A stretch of 62,416 nt of DNA from Methanobacteriota archaeon (lineage in GTDB: Archaea > Thermoplasmatota > Poseidoniia > Poseidoniales > Poseidoniaceae). Shown here piece by piece: positions 59,915 to 62,416 of the stretch. Position 1 is the first letter of the stretch; every line of letters starts with the position of its first letter. Under the pieces are notes generated by a model. The model was not told where the DNA came from. It did not search any database and worked only from the letters and a program-made list of their open reading frames with translations. A program made the translations under genes and the position numbers. Location: NCBI GenBank assembly GCA_002699515.1, contig PAAW01000061.1, positions 1-62,416 on the forward strand, given 5' to 3'.

Positions 59915-60685
59915 TTAATAAATTATTTTTTTTATAAGTTGTTTTAACTTTTTGATATGAAATGGAACATCAAAAAAAGTTATTAGAAAAAAATATATTT
60001 TACTATCAATGAATATATTTTTTACTCTATAAAAACTTACTTTCCAAGCTTTTAATAATTTATTATTGATATAAATTGCATCACCGTAATTTGAATCATT
60101 ATATTTTTTGTGATTAAGTTTTCTAATAGTTCTTATTCTTGTATAGGAATTATTTATCAAGAATTCTTCTAAATCCTTAAATACAACTTGATTTATATAA
60201 CCTTCAAACATACTAAATTCAACAATAAGATATTTAAATTCATTTATTTTACCCCCCATACCTTTCAAGACTTCTAGTTCATAACCTTGAGTATCAATCA
60301 CTGCTAGATCTATATTGTTAATATCTAAAGATTCATAAGTTTTCACTTGAATCATTTCTTTTTTACTAAATGAGATATCTGATGGTCTTGGTTCAAGTAA
60401 AGAACTGCTTCCTGATGAATTACCATCTGCAACATGTATCTCTTCATTCTTATTTTCAGAACCAAGTGCCAAGTTGTATGCTTCAAAGTTTGATAAATCT
60501 CTTGATTTAATATTTTCTTTAATCTCTAAGTAGAATAACTTTATAGGTTCGAAATAAATTACATTTGACAATTTATACGAATTGTAAAAGTCAATTTCTT
60601 CTCCTTTATGCCCCCCAACATGAATTAATGAATTTACATGATCTTTTTCTAATATTTTTTTTAGTAATTTTTCTGTAGATGCCAT
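59915..60685 (-). CDS. FkbM family methyltransferase
   Basis: IHVGGH.GEE, FEP, N.ALG, SSSLLEP, IDTQGYELEVLKG, GDA.Y. Confidence 0.9.
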   Translation of the reverse strand: MASTEKLLKKILEKDHVNSLIHVGGHKGEEIDFYNSYKLSNVIYFEPIKLFYLEIKENIKSRDLSNFEAYNLALGSENKNEEIHVADGNSSGSSSLLEPRPSDISFSKKEMIQVKTYESLDINNIDLAVIDTQGYELEVLKGMGGKINEFKYLIVEFSMFEGYINQVVFKDLEEFLINNSYTRIRTIRKLNHKKYNDSNYGDAIYINNKLLKAWKVSFYRVKNIFIDSKIYFFLITFFDVPFHIKKLKQLIKKIIY

Positions 60686-60814
60686 TGCAATATCAATATT
60701 ACTTCTAAATAGTCATAAATTGGATATCTAGATACAAGTTTTTATTAATGCTAGATTTACTCACCATTCTTAATATAATTTAATAGCAACTATATAAAAA
60801 CTTAAAGGAATAAT

Positions 60815-61621
60815 TTGAATATCACCATAAATAAGCTTAAATGGTTAATCAAAAAGATAGGTATATTCTTAAGGCATCCATTGTTAAGTATTAATAACAA
60901 TTTTGATTTTGATTTTTTAAATGCAGTTTTTATGAACAATAAATTAATTAATAAGAACAAAGAATTAAATAATTTACAAAGCTTGTCTGCAATCAAAAAA
61001 CTGAATTTTGATAAAGAAACCAACTTATCTATTCAGAATTCTGAACATTTGAATAAAGTTGTAAATAGTAATTATTTTACAAATTTAAATTATTTCGGCT
61101 ATGGTTATAGAATTCTTGAATCAACAAAATTTAAAGATTTTGACTATATTAATTCCTTCCATTTATATCCAGCTAATATTTTTGCAATTAATGAAATCAA
61201 GAATCTAATTGATAAAAACTTAATAGGTGATGGCTTAATCATAGATTACCCCTCAGGAATTGGTAATTTGTTCATATACCTACAAAAGATTATTAATAAA
61301 AATAATTTTGTGGGCATTGATAATTTTGAACAAATTTCAAAAAATGATATTGAAAAATATCAAAATAATACTGGTAGCAATGTTTTAATTACTACATTTG
61401 AAGACTTTATTTTAAATAATGAAAATAGAGCTGTTGATTTAATAGTTTCGATTGAACTAGATTTAGATATTATTATAAAAAATATATTTGAACTTAATCC
61501 TAAATTTTTAATTTTTGAAACAATGTATGTAAGTCGATTCAAGGACATTATGAAAATGCTAAATGAAAAATACAAGGTTTATTTAATCAATGAATCAATA
61601 ATTATTTATTTAAGAAAATAA
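60815..61621 (+). CDS. Hypothetical protein, degenerate SAM-methyltransferase-like
   Basis: IIDYPSGIG..F and VGIDNF resemble motifs I and II; TTG start with AAGGA upstream. Confidence 0.5.
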   Translation: MNITINKLKWLIKKIGIFLRHPLLSINNNFDFDFLNAVFMNNKLINKNKELNNLQSLSAIKKLNFDKETNLSIQNSEHLNKVVNSNYFTNLNYFGYGYRILESTKFKDFDYINSFHLYPANIFAINEIKNLIDKNLIGDGLIIDYPSGIGNLFIYLQKIINKNNFVGIDNFEQISKNDIEKYQNNTGSNVLITTFEDFILNNENRAVDLIVSIELDLDIIIKNIFELNPKFLIFETMYVSRFKDIMKMLNEKYKVYLINESIIIYLRK

Positions 61622-61628
61622 TAAGTTT

Positions 61629-62192
61629 TTATTTAGTAATTCTTTTTTCAACTTTTTTATATATATTATTTTCAATAACTTCAAGTCTGGATACTAGATC
61701 AGAATCATTTTTTTTTGTTTCTTTCCAAATTGGTACCATAGCACTCCACATTCCTTCACCTTTAAATCTTGAATAAAGAGAAGCAATTACATGGAGAGCA
61801 ATTACTACGTAACTGAGAAATGCGGAAAACTCATGTATTATAATTGCAACTTCTATGCCTCCCATTCCTAAATTAAAAAGACCAGCAATTAAGAGTCCCG
61901 TAACAGGCAACATTATTAAGCTAAAATAAACCAGTCTATGAACAGTCTTTGCTATAAAAAGATGACCTTTGGGGATGTGATCATTTGCACCTAGCAAAAC
62001 TGGAGTATCTTTCATATAAATATATCGGACTATAGTAATGATCAAAAAAATTGTTGCGAATAGAATTTCAAAATTAAGTAATGAAGCATCTTCAAGCTCA
62101 GTTAGATCATCAACTTGTTTAAATATTCCATATGCATACAACAAAGTAAATGTCCAATGGATAAATTTTGCTAACGCTGTATGAGAACTCAT
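61629..62192 (-). CDS. Cytochrome b561-like (cytochrome b/b6 domain) membrane protein
   Basis: Four TM helices with HW, H..VY, IHE and LHV heme-ligand histidines; MLP.TG. Confidence 0.85.
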   Translation of the reverse strand: MSSHTALAKFIHWTFTLLYAYGIFKQVDDLTELEDASLLNFEILFATIFLIITIVRYIYMKDTPVLLGANDHIPKGHLFIAKTVHRLVYFSLIMLPVTGLLIAGLFNLGMGGIEVAIIIHEFSAFLSYVVIALHVIASLYSRFKGEGMWSAMVPIWKETKKNDSDLVSRLEVIENNIYKKVEKRITK

Positions 62193-62205
62193 TATTTTTA
62201 TTATA

Positions 62206-62416
62206 TTATTTTAAAGAGTTGTAGGAAGCATTTATTAGGCTTTGTCCTCTTTCGTTAATTAGATACTCACCACCTAATTTGTTAACCAAATATCCAAAAG
62301 ACATCTTACAATCGGGATCAGCAAAGGTAGCACTACTGCCTCCAAAGCCAACATGTCCAAAAGCATTTGGGCCAATCATAAATGAACCACCTTCACCTTC
62401 AAAACTATCTCGATTA
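62206..62416 (-). CDS. Beta-lactamase-family serine hydrolase, C-terminal fragment (not in ORF track)
   Basis: Minus strand reads ...FMIGPNAFGHVGFGGSSATFADPDCKMSFGYLVNKL...YNSLK*, matching FGH.G.GG....ADP....FGY..N; runs off window end. Confidence 0.8.
   Translation of the reverse strand, partial: NRDSFEGEGGSFMIGPNAFGHVGFGGSSATFADPDCKMSFGYLVNKLGGEYLINERGQSLINASYNSLK

Larger units (their letters stand above)
859..61621. other. Cell-surface glycosylation (glycotype) genomic island
   Basis: 59 consecutive CDS, nearly all sugar biosynthesis, transfer, modification or export, between unrelated housekeeping-type genes. Confidence 0.9.

Noticed and set aside
60686..60767. Possible frameshifted N-terminal extension of the FkbM gene from ATG 60767
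   Set aside because: Requires assuming one or two indels with no homology support; the gene looks complete from 60685.
840..61640. att-like direct repeats at the island borders
   Set aside because: Only short A/T-rich matches expected by chance; no integrase or tRNA.
1..62416. CRISPR arrays, tRNA/rRNA, riboswitches, IS elements, anti-phage defence genes
   Set aside because: None recognised by eye; intergenic gaps are 200 nt or less and lack GC-rich stems. A covariance-model search would be needed to exclude small RNAs.

Overview
Very AT-rich, extremely compact bacterial DNA. About 61 kb (859-61621, 59 CDS) is a single cell-surface glycosylation island with no visible integrase, tRNA, IS element or CRISPR. 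It is flanked on the left by a prokaryotic (6-4) photolyase and a 38-aa DUF2256-like zinc-finger gene, and on the right by a cytochrome b561-like gene and a beta-lactamase-family serine hydrolase. The island encodes: (i) nonulosonic/ulosonic-acid enzymes (two NeuB-family synthases, one fused to a lyxose-isomerase-like cupin; NeuC; two cytidylyltransferases; a LegB-like dehydratase; a CBS-nucleotidyltransferase; four candidate CMP-sugar transferases); (ii) tailoring enzymes (WbuX/PseA-type amidotransferase with HisF/HisH paralogues, AsnB, deacetylase, formyltransferase, seven methyltransferase-like proteins); (iii) GDP-deoxysugar and aminosugar enzymes; (iv) GT2/GT4/GT8/GT26 transferases, two PglK/MsbA-like ABC exporters and an O-antigen-ligase-like protein; (v) four polyprenyl-phosphate sugar synthases and five multi-pass, GT-C-like membrane proteins. 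Genes switch strand about 25 times, convergent stops abut or overlap, and many unit heads have TANNNT 5-8 nt before the start codon (leaderless style). This suggests a streamlined sunlit-water organism, possibly a low-GC marine actinobacterium (inference only). Missed by the ORF track: the DUF2256-like gene, an A9-tract frameshift in a GT2, a probable ATT-initiated GT4, and a chain of tandem mini-ORFs before the NeuB-cupin fusion. All functional calls come from motif recognition by eye; no searches were run.
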